Assembly (NCBI GenBank): GCA_022013085.1
Contig: JAKLQX010000056.1
Location: 1 to 47,552, forward strand
Length of the DNA stretch: 47,552 nt
Direction of reading: 5' to 3'
From: Candidatus Omnitrophota bacterium
Lineage (GTDB): Bacteria > Omnitrophota > Gorgyraeia > Gygaellales > Profunditerraquicolaceae
The notes below the pieces were generated by a model that saw nothing but the letters and a program-made list of their open reading frames with translations, made no database searches and had not been told where the DNA came from. Positions 1-9,351 of this stretch are shown piece by piece (the first letter of the stretch is position 1; the number at the start of each line of letters is the position of its first letter). The translations under genes and the position numbers were made by a program.

Positions 1-114
1 AGAATCCATTTTGAAGCTTTTAGCGATGCTTAAGATTTCAGGTATACGGCAGGCTCCGTCGAGAAGACTGAATTGGGTATGCAGATGTAGGTGGATAAAT
101 TCTGAGTGTGGCAT
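1..114 (-). CDS. dnaE: DNA polymerase III alpha subunit, N-terminal fragment running off the window
   Basis: Not in the ORF track because it is truncated. Minus-strand ATG at 114..112 translates to MPHSEFIHLHLHTQFSLLDGACRIPEILSIAKSFKMDS. This has the HxH...S-LLDG opening of the DnaE PHP domain. Confidence 0.6.
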   Translation of the reverse strand, partial: MPHSEFIHLHLHTQFSLLDGACRIPEILSIAKSFKMDS

Positions 115-144
115 TAAAGGTTCTTGCTTTTAAAGCGAACTAAT

Positions 145-1686
145 TTATTCCCACTCAATAGTTGCAGGAGGTTTAGAGCTGATATCGTAAACAACCCGAT
201 TAATTCCTTTAACTTCATTGATAATGCGGTTAGAGATTCTCTCCATTACCTCATAAGGAAGTTTTACCCAGTCGGCAGTCATGCCATCAAAGCTGGAGAC
301 GCAGCGCAGTGCCGCAACATTTTCATAAGTACGCTGGTCACCCATGATGCCTACGCTTTTTATTGGTAATAATATGGCAAAAGATTGCCAGATCTGTTCA
401 TAAAGCCCTGCTTTAGAGATCTCTTCAATTACGCGTTTATCCGCTTCACGTAAAAGTTCAAGGCGTTCTCTGGTTATCTCCCCGATAATTCTTACTGCTA
501 AGCCTGGCCCGGGAAATGGCTGCCGTAAAATGATATTTTCAGGTAATCCTAACTGCCTTCCAATTTCTCGCGCCTCATCTTTAAATAACTCTCTTAACGG
601 TTCAATTAATTTTAGATGCATATGCGCGGGTAATCCACCCACATTATGATGGCTTTTGATTTTTCTGCTAGGGCCCCCTGTCGGAGAAATGGATTCAATG
701 ACATCCGGGTAAAGAGTGCCTTGGCCTAAAAATTTCACGCCTTTGATCTTTTTGGCTTCTTCTTCGAATACCTTAACAAATTCATCGCCAATTATTTTTC
801 TTTTTTCTTCCGGATTGGTTATTCCCTTTAGGCGTTCAAGGAATCTTTTGCTTCTATCTACATAACTTAAATTAAGGTGGTATAAGTTTTTAAATACGGT
901 TTTGATCTGTTCAGCTTCGCCTTTTCTCAGCAAACCGTTATCGATAAAAATACAGCGTGAATTTTTTCCGATGGCTTTGTGAATAAGCAGAGCAGCTACA
1001 GAAGAATCTACTCCACCGCTTAAGCCCAGGACCATTTTATCTTTACCAACTGTAATTTTAATATTGGCGATAGCTTCTTTAATAAACGATTGCATGGTCC
1101 ATCTGCTTAGGCAGCCGCAGGATTTAAATAAAAAATTACTTAAGATTTGGCTACCTTTTTCTGTATGTGTTACTTCAGGATGAAACTGTACGGCAAATAT
1201 TTTTTTCTTTTGATTAGATATAGCTGCGATCGGGGTGTTGGTAGTGTGCGCGCTGGTATGGAATCCCGCGGGCATTTTAGTTACGTAATCACCATGGCTG
1301 GCCCAACAAGTAAAATTGCCTGGCATATGGCTAAAAAGATCACGGTTATCATCCACGAACAGCTCGACTTTGCCGTATTCGCGTTCCCGGGTGTGTTTTA
1401 CTTTTCCCCCGAGCATTTCGCAGATAGCCTGCATCCCATAACAAATTCCAAGTATTGGAACACCAAGTTTAAAAATACCTTTGTCAGGATAAGGTGATTT
1501 TTTATCAACCACTGAAGCGGGGCCACCGGATAAGATTAATCCTTTGGGATTTAACGCGGCAATTTCACTTGCCGGCGTGTTGTAGGGAATAATTTTAGAG
1601 AATACTTTGCTTTCCCTGACACGGCGCGCGATTAACTGGGTGTATTGTGAACCAAAATCTAAGATTAATATTGTTTGCCTGGTCAT
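145..1686 (-). CDS. guaA: GMP synthase (glutamine-hydrolysing)
   Basis: 513 aa. N-terminal class I glutamine amidotransferase ([22 protein letters not shown]). PP-loop SGGVDSSV. Conserved C-terminus PPATIEWE. Confidence 0.97.
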   Translation of the reverse strand: MTRQTILILDFGSQYTQLIARRVRESKVFSKIIPYNTPASEIAALNPKGLILSGGPASVVDKKSPYPDKGIFKLGVPILGICYGMQAICEMLGGKVKHTREREYGKVELFVDDNRDLFSHMPGNFTCWASHGDYVTKMPAGFHTSAHTTNTPIAAISNQKKKIFAVQFHPEVTHTEKGSQILSNFLFKSCGCLSRWTMQSFIKEAIANIKITVGKDKMVLGLSGGVDSSVAALLIHKAIGKNSRCIFIDNGLLRKGEAEQIKTVFKNLYHLNLSYVDRSKRFLERLKGITNPEEKRKIIGDEFVKVFEEEAKKIKGVKFLGQGTLYPDVIESISPTGGPSRKIKSHHNVGGLPAHMHLKLIEPLRELFKDEAREIGRQLGLPENIILRQPFPGPGLAVRIIGEITRERLELLREADKRVIEEISKAGLYEQIWQSFAILLPIKSVGIMGDQRTYENVAALRCVSSFDGMTADWVKLPYEVMERISNRIINEVKGINRVVYDISSKPPATIEWE

Positions 1687-2843
1687 TTTCCCATTCCTAC
1701 TTTTTGGCCTACCTGAAATATCTTACCTTCAGTCTGGATTGATGGTGCGATAATAATTTCTACGTCATGCATTTCTTTAAGGTTTGATGCTCCAAGTGAA
1801 CCCATGGATGTTTTTAAAGCACCAATAAGGTTTTGCGAGCCGTCATCTGTTTTCGCCGGGCCTAAAAGAATCTCTTTTAATGACCCGGTTGTGCCCACTT
1901 GTATACGGGTACCACGTGGTAGATTGACATGTGAAGTAGCCATTCCCCAATGGAATCCTCTTCCCGGTGCCTCGCAGGCGCGTGCAAAACTTGATCCAAT
2001 CATTACTGCGTCTGCTCCGCAGGCAAAGGCTTTGCAAATATCTCCACCGCGATTCATCCCTCCATCAGTAATAATAGAAACATATTTTCCTGTGCGTTTA
2101 AAGTAAAAGTCGCGTGCTCCTGCGGCATCTACTGTTGCGGTTACTTGCGGGACGCCAATGCCTAATACGCCGCGGGTGGTGCAGGCAGCTCCCGGGCCAA
2201 CGCCAATAAGTAAGCCGCTTGCGCCGGTAGCCATAAGTTCCACAGTTGTTTCATAAGTAACGCAGTTTCCTAGAATAACCGGGATGGAGATAGATTTACA
2301 GAATTTATTCAAATCAAGCACTTTGTATTGTGTGGAGATATGCCTGGTGGTAGTTACTGTTGACTGTAAGACAAAAATATCCGCTCCGGCAGCAATGGCG
2401 AGTTTTGAGAATTTTTCAGCATTGGCTGGGATACAGCTGACTACCGCGGTAGCTTTTGCTTTTTTTATCTGGGCTACTCTTTTTGAGACGAGTTTTTCTT
2501 TAATCGGAGTGGTGTAAACCTTTTGGATTAACTCTGTAGCTTTTTGCGGGGTAGCTTTGGCAATCTCTTGCAGCACTTCATCGGGATCTTCATAGCGCGT
2601 TTGGATACCATCTAAATTTAAAACCGCGATTGCCCCTAAGCGGGACATTTCAATGGCAAATTTTACATCGACAACTCCATCCATAGCAGCAGCAAGGATA
2701 GGTATATTAAATTTTTTATCCCCAAATTCAAAGCTTATGTTAACTTCATTGGGATTTACGGTTTGTGCACCGGGGACTAAAGCAATCTCATCAAATCCAT
2801 AGCATCTTCTTGCGCGCCTGCCTATACCAATCCACTCTGCCAT
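1683..2843 (-). CDS. IMP dehydrogenase family protein without CBS pair (GuaB3-like)
   Basis: 386 aa. IMPDH-type TIM barrel with [11 protein letters not shown] catalytic-Cys loop. Too short to carry the CBS subdomain. 4-nt overlap with guaA. Confidence 0.85.
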   Translation of the reverse strand: MAEWIGIGRRARRCYGFDEIALVPGAQTVNPNEVNISFEFGDKKFNIPILAAAMDGVVDVKFAIEMSRLGAIAVLNLDGIQTRYEDPDEVLQEIAKATPQKATELIQKVYTTPIKEKLVSKRVAQIKKAKATAVVSCIPANAEKFSKLAIAAGADIFVLQSTVTTTRHISTQYKVLDLNKFCKSISIPVILGNCVTYETTVELMATGASGLLIGVGPGAACTTRGVLGIGVPQVTATVDAAGARDFYFKRTGKYVSIITDGGMNRGGDICKAFACGADAVMIGSSFARACEAPGRGFHWGMATSHVNLPRGTRIQVGTTGSLKEILLGPAKTDDGSQNLIGALKTSMGSLGASNLKEMHDVEIIIAPSIQTEGKIFQVGQKVGMGK

Positions 2844-2863
2844 TTTTAAATCTCCCCTTTATT

Positions 2864-2889
2864 GTAAGGGACGTTTAAACGTCCCTTAC
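2864..2889 (-). promoter_or_regulatory. Perfect 10-bp palindrome in the guaB3-guaA leader
   Basis: GTAAGGGACG-TTTAAA-CGTCCCTTAC. It ends about 20 nt upstream of the ATG and directly before the AGGGGAG Shine-Dalgarno. No U-tract follows. Confidence 0.3.
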
Positions 2890-2966
2890 CGGTCTGTAAC
2901 CTATTGTTTTTCAATAATTTACGACTTTTTGCTCAGTTTTGATGAGTAATTACGAAAAGATATTAA

Positions 2967-2995
2967 ATTCTACACCTGTTTAACCCGTTTGTCAA
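2967..2995 (-). promoter_or_regulatory. Sigma70-like promoter for guaB3-guaA
   Basis: Minus strand reads TTGACA, 17 nt, TAGAAT. This predicts a leader of about 115 nt. Confidence 0.45.
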
Positions 2996-3013
2996 TATTT
3001 ATTTTGGTTTAGC

Positions 3014-3052
3014 CTAAAAGCAAAAAGCGCAGATTTTATCTACGCTTTTTGC
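3014..3052 (-). terminator. Rho-independent terminator after groEL
   Basis: Minus strand: GCAAAAAGCG, 13-nt loop, CGCTTTTTGC, then TTTT. Lies 36 nt after the groEL stop. Confidence 0.6.
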
Positions 3053-3087
3053 TTTTTACCCTATCTACTAACAACTATTTGCTGTTT

Positions 3088-4722
3088 TTAATACATTCCT
3101 CCGCCGCCCATCCCGCCCATTCCACCTCCGGGTGGCATCTTGTCATCTTTTTCAGGTTTATCCGCGATTATAGCCTCAGTTGTGAGTAATAGCGCGGCAA
3201 TACTGGCAGCATTTTGCAATGCTGAACGTGTTACTTTTGTGGGATCAATTACGCCAGCTTCAATCATATCTACATAAGCATCCTGGCTAACATCGTAACC
3301 AATATTGGTTTTTTCCTGTTTGATTCTTTGTACAACTACTGAACCTTCTAGGCCTGCATTTTGAGCAATCTGCCTTAAGGGCTCTTCAATAGCGCGCTTT
3401 ACAATATTAACGCCTATTTTCTCATCACCTTCAAGCTTTAGTTTATCTAAAGCAGCAATAGTACGGATAAAAGCTACTCCGCCGCCTGGAACGATTCCTT
3501 CTTGAGTAGCTGCGCGTGTTGCATGTAAGGCATCTTCAACTCGGGCCTTCTTTTCTTTCATCTCAGTTTCAGTAGCAGCACCTACATTAATTACTGCAAC
3601 GCCACCAGCTAATTTAGCCAAGCGTTCTTGTAGTTTTTCTTTGTCATAATCTGAATCGGTATCTTCAATTTGTTTCTTTAACTGGCTGATTCTAGCATTG
3701 ATTGCTGCATTTTTACCAGCACCTTCGACAATAGTAGAATTTTCTTTGTCAATTTTAACTTTTTTTGCTCTCCCGAGATCTTCCACTTCAATATTTTCTA
3801 ACTTAATGCCTAGATCTTCGGTTAATGCTTTTCCGCCGGTTAAAATAGCGATATCTTCGAGCATAGCTTTGCGCCTATCACCATAACCCGGTGCTTTTAC
3901 CGCGCAGGCAACAAAGGTGCCGCGGATTTTGTTAACTACTAAAGTTGCCAAGGCTTCACCATCTACTTCTTCAGCAATGATCAATAATGGTTTTCCTACG
4001 CGAGCGATCTTTTCTAATAAAGGAAGAATATCTTTAATTGAAGATATTTTTTTCTCATAAATGAGAATATAGGGATCTTCTAAAAGAACTTCCATTCTTT
4101 CCACGTCAGTTACAAAATATGGCGATAAGTATCCCTGGTCAAATTGCATACCTTCGACAACCTCGAGAGTTGTGGCGGTGGATTTTGCTTCTTCAACCGT
4201 AATCACTCCGTCTTTACCAACTTTATCCATTGCTTCGGCAATTAACTCACCGATAGCGGTGTCTGAGTTAGCCGCGATACTTGCTACCTGGGCGATCTCT
4301 TTTTTATCTTTGATAGGAGTAGAAAGTTTGCCCAGCTCTTCAACTACTTTTTCAACCGCTTTTTCAATTCCGCGTTTTAAAGCCATAGGATTTGATCCGG
4401 CAGTTACATTTTTTAATCCTTCACGATAAATTGCTTCCGCTAAGATAGTAGCAGTGGTAGTTCCGTCACCTGCGATATCAGAAGTTTTTTCAGCAACTTC
4501 CTTTACCATCTGGGCGCCCATATTCTCAAAAGGATCTTCTAAATCAATTTCCTTGGCTACGGTAACTCCGTCTTTTGTGATTGTGGGAGAGCCAAATTTC
4601 TTGTCGATTACCACATTGCGCCCCTTAGGGCCTAAAGTTACTTTTACTGCTGCTGTCAGCTGCTCTACGCCGCTTAAAATCTTGCGACGCGCATCATCAC
4701 TATACAATAATTGCTTTGCCAT
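3088..4722 (-). CDS. groEL: Chaperonin GroEL
   Basis: 544 aa. [15 protein letters not shown] start, [11 protein letters not shown] motif, C-terminal [12 protein letters not shown] tail. Confidence 0.98.
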   Translation of the reverse strand: MAKQLLYSDDARRKILSGVEQLTAAVKVTLGPKGRNVVIDKKFGSPTITKDGVTVAKEIDLEDPFENMGAQMVKEVAEKTSDIAGDGTTTATILAEAIYREGLKNVTAGSNPMALKRGIEKAVEKVVEELGKLSTPIKDKKEIAQVASIAANSDTAIGELIAEAMDKVGKDGVITVEEAKSTATTLEVVEGMQFDQGYLSPYFVTDVERMEVLLEDPYILIYEKKISSIKDILPLLEKIARVGKPLLIIAEEVDGEALATLVVNKIRGTFVACAVKAPGYGDRRKAMLEDIAILTGGKALTEDLGIKLENIEVEDLGRAKKVKIDKENSTIVEGAGKNAAINARISQLKKQIEDTDSDYDKEKLQERLAKLAGGVAVINVGAATETEMKEKKARVEDALHATRAATQEGIVPGGGVAFIRTIAALDKLKLEGDEKIGVNIVKRAIEEPLRQIAQNAGLEGSVVVQRIKQEKTNIGYDVSQDAYVDMIEAGVIDPTKVTRSALQNAASIAALLLTTEAIIADKPEKDDKMPPGGGMGGMGGGGMY

Positions 4723-4773
4723 ACTTCCTCCTCTTGCAACTGTTTTCCCGACTCAAAAATTCGTCGAGATAAG

Positions 4774-5064
4774 TTACTTAATAATTGCTAAAATGTCCTC
4801 TTCGCGTAAAATTAACAACTCTTCGCCTTCTTTAGTGGTAATTTCATTTCCGGAATATTTTCCGAATAAAACCTTATCTCCTACTTTTACTTCTGGCGCT
4901 TGCACAGTTCCATTTTCTAAAACTTTGCCTCTTCCTACTGCTACAACTTTAGCTTCTTGTGGTTTTTCTTTGGCAGTATCAGGCAGTACAATTCCGCCCT
5001 TACTTTTATTTTCTGCCTCTAAAGGTTTGACCACGATGCGATCACCCAATGGTTTGAGTTCCAT
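4774..5064 (-). CDS. groES: Co-chaperonin GroES
   Basis: 96 aa. [14 protein letters not shown]...[22 protein letters not shown]. Lies immediately upstream of groEL. Confidence 0.97.
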   Translation of the reverse strand: MELKPLGDRIVVKPLEAENKSKGGIVLPDTAKEKPQEAKVVAVGRGKVLENGTVQAPEVKVGDKVLFGKYSGNEITTKEGEELLILREEDILAIIK

Positions 5065-5125
5065 TTTGCTACCTCCTTTAAGTAATTTATTCCGCCGGAT
5101 ACTTCTAAGGCAGGAACTTATTCTA

Positions 5126-5152
5126 TTAGCACTCTTTTCTCTAGAGTGCTAA
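5126..5152 (-). promoter_or_regulatory. CIRCE operator (HrcA binding site)
   Basis: Perfect TTAGCACTC-N9-GAGTGCTAA inverted repeat. Lies between the promoter -10 and groES. Confidence 0.95.
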
Positions 5153-5179
5153 TTATAGATAAAAAAAATTTCTTGTCAA
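5152..5179 (-). promoter_or_regulatory. Sigma70-like promoter of groES-groEL
   Basis: Minus strand reads TTGACA, 16 nt, TATAAT. The -10 abuts CIRCE. Confidence 0.7.
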
Positions 5180-5192
5180 GAGTTTTTATTAT

Positions 5193-5816
5193 TTATGATC
5201 GAAACTTTTTAAATTCATCAGGGCAATCGTTCTCGCTAGATACGATTTTATTATCGCTGCTAACTAAGATAAATTTTTCGTTTTTGTATTCGAAATTCAG
5301 TGTATAGTTGGTGCTAACTGTATAAAAATATGGGTTAATATCACTGATATTCGGTGGATGATTTTTTTCTACGTACAATACTTCTTGTACAATGACCGCG
5401 GCCTTATAAAAAGAAACAAGTGAATCTGTTTTAATTACATCACTTTTGACCACTTCATATTTATACCCTTTTAAGTAATATTCGTAGTGCCCCGGCGGAA
5501 ATAGCGATAGTTTTTCCCACTCCTGCTCAAGGCGCGTATTCAATTTACCTGTTTTATCTTTTTTAGCCGTATTTATCCAATTTTCTGTTGCTTGGCCTAA
5601 GCGAAAATTTAGCTTAATAATCAACTCTTCCTGTTCTCTTTGTTTTTGTGCATCATGATTCTTAAGCGCTTGTTCAAAATTAACTTTAGCCGTATCATTT
5701 TTTCCACTGGATTTGTCTGGTTCTTCACAAAAAAGCTTTTCAAACCCAAGGATGCATAAAAAACAGGCAGTTATTACGCAGGCTCTAAAAATTACGATTT
5801 TTGATTTCATTTTCAT
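5193..5816 (-). CDS. Hypothetical secreted/lipoprotein-like protein
   Basis: 207 aa. N-terminal hydrophobic signal-like segment (KIVIFRACVITACFLCILG). No motif I recognise. Confidence 0.6.
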   Translation of the reverse strand: MKMKSKIVIFRACVITACFLCILGFEKLFCEEPDKSSGKNDTAKVNFEQALKNHDAQKQREQEELIIKLNFRLGQATENWINTAKKDKTGKLNTRLEQEWEKLSLFPPGHYEYYLKGYKYEVVKSDVIKTDSLVSFYKAAVIVQEVLYVEKNHPPNISDINPYFYTVSTNYTLNFEYKNEKFILVSSDNKIVSSENDCPDEFKKFRS

Positions 5817-6534
5817 AAATAAGGCTAAGTCCTTTTAAAGTTAGATTACGGTCAATTTTTATGCTTATGTCAGAGTATTTTTTAACTAAACTAATGCTTC
5901 CTCCTGTGCCGATAATCTGGGTATGTTTTCCGATTTTACGCTTAATCCTGCTTGCTAAACCATTGGCAAGAACGCCTGCACCAATAACTACTCCGCTTAA
6001 TATGCTGCTTATTGTATTAGTTCCGATAAGCTCTTTGGGATATTGTAGCTTAATCCGCGGAAGCAGTGCGGTTTTTTCATTTAAGGCAGCTAGAGAAATT
6101 CCCAGTCCCGGAAGAATCAAGCCTCCTAAATATGCCCCCTGTTTAGAAATTACGTCGAAAGTCAAAGCCGTCCCGGAATCGATGACAATCAAAGGCGCAC
6201 CGTAAAAAATTAATCCCGCGTAGGCGTTCACTAAGCGGTCCTGGCCAACTTGGTTTGGGTTTCGGTAGCGGTTTTTAATTGGTACTTGCGCATCTTTTCC
6301 TATTATATATGGCCTCTTACCAAGCATTCCTGTTAGATCTTTCTTAACCGCGTTAGTCAATTTAGGAACAACGCTGCAGATAAGTGTATCTGTAATTTTC
6401 AAGGGGCCTATTTTTTTACGAAATTTATTGAGAGAATATTGTTTTGAAGGTATATCAAATATTTTTTTAATAGCGTTATTATTAAAAATACCGCAACTTA
6501 TATTGGTGTTTCCAATATCAATAGCCAGTAGCAT
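5785..6534 (-). CDS. coaX: Type III pantothenate kinase
   Basis: 249 aa. MLLAIDIGNTN ASKHA phosphate-1 motif. Typical CoaX length. Confidence 0.9.
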   Translation of the reverse strand: MLLAIDIGNTNISCGIFNNNAIKKIFDIPSKQYSLNKFRKKIGPLKITDTLICSVVPKLTNAVKKDLTGMLGKRPYIIGKDAQVPIKNRYRNPNQVGQDRLVNAYAGLIFYGAPLIVIDSGTALTFDVISKQGAYLGGLILPGLGISLAALNEKTALLPRIKLQYPKELIGTNTISSILSGVVIGAGVLANGLASRIKRKIGKHTQIIGTGGSISLVKKYSDISIKIDRNLTLKGLSLIYENEIKNRNF

Positions 6535-8491
6535 TTTTTAACTCTTTAACCCTGTCTCTTAAAGTAACAGCTTTTTCAAATTGCAGGTTACGTGCAGCTA
6601 ATTCCATTTCATATTCTAGCTCAAGAATATATTTATGCAACTGGTATTTTTCAAACGGCTCTCTGCTAAGCCCTTGAACGAATTCAGAGGCAGCTTCTAA
6701 GTTTTCAATTCCCAGCTTGATTGATTTTTTGATGGATTTAGGGGTGATCGCATTTTTCTGATTAAATTTAAGCTGCAACTTTCTTCTCTGCCTGCTTTCA
6801 CTGATTGCTTTTTTCATCGATGAGGTTATACTATCAGCATACATGATCACCGTTCCATTAATATTTCGCGCGGCTCGTCCGCCTACTTGAATAAGGCTGG
6901 TTGCAGAACGTAAAAAGCCCTCTTTATCAGCATCTAATATCGCCACAAGGGATACTTCGGGTAAATCCAAACCTTCGCGTAGTAAGTTTATCCCCACCAA
7001 ACAGTCAAATTTCTTAAGGCGTAACTCTTTTAATATCTGTGAACGCGTAATAGTTTTTATTTCAGAGTGTAAGTATTTGACTTTTAATCCGGCATTTGTT
7101 AAGTAATTAGCCAGGTCTTCGGACATTCTTTTAGTAAGCGTGGTTACCAAAACCCGTTCATTATTCTTAGCGCGTGTTTTTATTTCATTGATTAAATCTT
7201 CAATCTGGCCTTCTGTATGTTTAACGATGATCTCGGGGTCAAGCAGTCCTGTGGGCCGGATGATTTGTTGGATAACCTTGTTTTCACTTAAGCTTAGTTC
7301 ATACTTATCCGGGGTTGCCGAAACGAACACTACTTGTTTTACGATTTCATTAAATTCGTTAAACTTCAAAGGCCGGTTATCTAGGCATGAAGGAAGCCTG
7401 AATCCGTAATCAACTAAGGTTTTTTTTCTTGCTTGGTCTCCGGCGTACATTCCCCTTATTTGCGGGATAGTAACATGCGATTCGTCAATTATAGTTAAGA
7501 AGTCCCCAGGAAAATAATCTATCATGGAATATGGGCGGGAGCCATTTGGCCTGCCACTTATGTGACGGGAATAGTTTTCAATACCATGGCAGTAGCCGAT
7601 TTCTTTAAGCATTTCTAAATCATAGTTTGTACGTGATTCTAGGCGGTTTGCTTGGAGTAGTTTGTTCTCACTTTTTAAATTTTTAAGTTGGCTAGCCAAT
7701 TCCTCTCTTATTGATTTTATCGCTTCCAGTGTTTTATCTTTAGAAACAATAAAATGTTTTGCCGGATAAATGGCAATTTTCTCAACCTGGTTTATAACTT
7801 TAGCGCTTATTGGATTAATTATCGAGATTTTTTCTATACCTGACGCGTTTAACTCTATGCGTACAGCTTTTTCCCAATAAGAAGGAAATATTTCAACTAC
7901 TTCTCCGCGTACCCTGATTTTTCCGCGCTTAAACTCATAATCATTGCGCTCATATTGGATTTGAATGAATTTATCGATTAGTGCTTCGCGCGTAATCTTC
8001 TGAGCCTTATTTATAATTACTAGCTGTTCTTGGTAATCTTGCGGTGAACCTAAATTATAGATACAGGAGACTGAGGCTATAACAATACAATCTGGCCGGC
8101 TCATTAATGAAGTAGTAGTTGATAGGCGTAATCGGTCAAGCTGCTCATTAATAGAGGAATCTTTTTCAATATAAGTATCTGTTTGGGGCAGGTATGCTTC
8201 TGGTTGGTAATAGTCGTAATAACTTACAAAATATTCTACTGCATTATATGGAAAGAATTCAAGGAATTCAGAATAAAGCTGGGCAGCTAGTGTTTTGTTA
8301 TGTGAAATTATTAAGGTGGGTAAGTTCGTTTTAGCAATAGTGTTGGCTAAGGTAAAAGTTTTTCCGCTTCCTGTAACGCCTAAAAGTGTAGAGTAACGCT
8401 TTTTAGCGTTAATTGTTTTAGTAAGCTCATTAATTGCTTTAGGCTGGTCGCCAAGTGGAGAGAATTTGCTGATTAGCTTAAATCTTTGCAT
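6518..8491 (-). CDS. uvrB: Excinuclease ABC subunit B
   Basis: 657 aa. Walker A GVTGSGKT, helicase motifs, C-terminal UVR domain (LELAARNLQFEKAVTLRDRVKEL). Confidence 0.97.
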   Translation of the reverse strand: MQRFKLISKFSPLGDQPKAINELTKTINAKKRYSTLLGVTGSGKTFTLANTIAKTNLPTLIISHNKTLAAQLYSEFLEFFPYNAVEYFVSYYDYYQPEAYLPQTDTYIEKDSSINEQLDRLRLSTTTSLMSRPDCIVIASVSCIYNLGSPQDYQEQLVIINKAQKITREALIDKFIQIQYERNDYEFKRGKIRVRGEVVEIFPSYWEKAVRIELNASGIEKISIINPISAKVINQVEKIAIYPAKHFIVSKDKTLEAIKSIREELASQLKNLKSENKLLQANRLESRTNYDLEMLKEIGYCHGIENYSRHISGRPNGSRPYSMIDYFPGDFLTIIDESHVTIPQIRGMYAGDQARKKTLVDYGFRLPSCLDNRPLKFNEFNEIVKQVVFVSATPDKYELSLSENKVIQQIIRPTGLLDPEIIVKHTEGQIEDLINEIKTRAKNNERVLVTTLTKRMSEDLANYLTNAGLKVKYLHSEIKTITRSQILKELRLKKFDCLVGINLLREGLDLPEVSLVAILDADKEGFLRSATSLIQVGGRAARNINGTVIMYADSITSSMKKAISESRQRRKLQLKFNQKNAITPKSIKKSIKLGIENLEAASEFVQGLSREPFEKYQLHKYILELEYEMELAARNLQFEKAVTLRDRVKELKNATGY

Positions 8492-9351
8492 AAGGAATGT
8501 ACATCAAGAGAGATATCTACGGATGTAACTGAATCCGTTAGTTCTCCGACGGAAATTATATCAACTCCTGTTGCGGCGTATTTTTTTATATTTTTCAGGC
8601 ATATACCGCCGCTTGCCTCAAGTTTAGTTAATTGGTGCGGGATAGCCATTGCTTTCTTGATATCACTAATTTTCATATTATCCAGCATGATAATGGCAGG
8701 CTTTAATTGTAAAGCCTTCTTAAACTCATTAAGATTTTGAACTTCAATCTCAATTTTTTCTTTTTTAGGGATTTTTAACAAGCCGATACACCTGTCAGCA
8801 GCCTTGATATGGTTATCTTTGATTAAGATCATCTCATCCAGGCACATCCTATGGTTATATCCGCCTCCGATTCTTACCGCGTATTTTTGTACTTGCCTTA
8901 AGCTTGGTAAGGTTTTACGTGTATCGGTAATTTTTGTTTTAAAAGGGTGGATCTTTCTTACAAATTTATGGGTTTTAGTGGCAATTCCGCTTAATAAGGA
9001 TAAAAGGTTCAGGCTTACTCTCTCCGCGGTAAGAATGCTCCTGGCAGACCCTGATATGACAGCAATGGTTTGTTTATTTTTAACCCGAGCTCCTTCTTTA
9101 ATTATCGTTTTGAATTTTAAGCTGGGGTCAACGGTTTTAAACACTTTTTCAGCGATTAAAACTCCGCAAAGTATAAAATTTTCTTTGGCGATAATTTTCG
9201 CTTGGATTTTTTTATTCTTTTCAATGCAAAGCTGAGTGGTAATATCTTTGCTGCCGATATCTTCCAGTAAAGCTTGTTTTATAAAGGCCGCAATCGTTTT
9301 AAGATTGATCTCAGGCTTATTTTTAGATAAAAAATGTTTAGCGTAAGCCAT
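8473..9351 (-). CDS. nadC: Nicotinate-nucleotide pyrophosphorylase (quinolinate phosphoribosyltransferase)
   Basis: 292 aa. Matches the QPRTase pattern (DTRKT, RIGGGYNHR, IMLDN, EASGGI). Confidence 0.9.
   Translation of the reverse strand: MAYAKHFLSKNKPEINLKTIAAFIKQALLEDIGSKDITTQLCIEKNKKIQAKIIAKENFILCGVLIAEKVFKTVDPSLKFKTIIKEGARVKNKQTIAVISGSARSILTAERVSLNLLSLLSGIATKTHKFVRKIHPFKTKITDTRKTLPSLRQVQKYAVRIGGGYNHRMCLDEMILIKDNHIKAADRCIGLLKIPKKEKIEIEVQNLNEFKKALQLKPAIIMLDNMKISDIKKAMAIPHQLTKLEASGGICLKNIKKYAATGVDIISVGELTDSVTSVDISLDVHSLCKDLS

Noticed and set aside
2844-2966. Purine (guanine) riboswitch upstream of guaB3-guaA
   Set aside because: I could not find the conserved junction sequences, the P2/P3 loop-loop signature, or a three-way junction. 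Only a single perfect palindrome is present.
4454-5152. 232-aa plus-strand ORF opposite groEL, groES and the CIRCE site
   Set aside because: Antisense shadow of two unmistakable genes. The translation is low-complexity and S/P/T/L-rich, spans an intergenic spacer and an operator, and has no recognisable motif.
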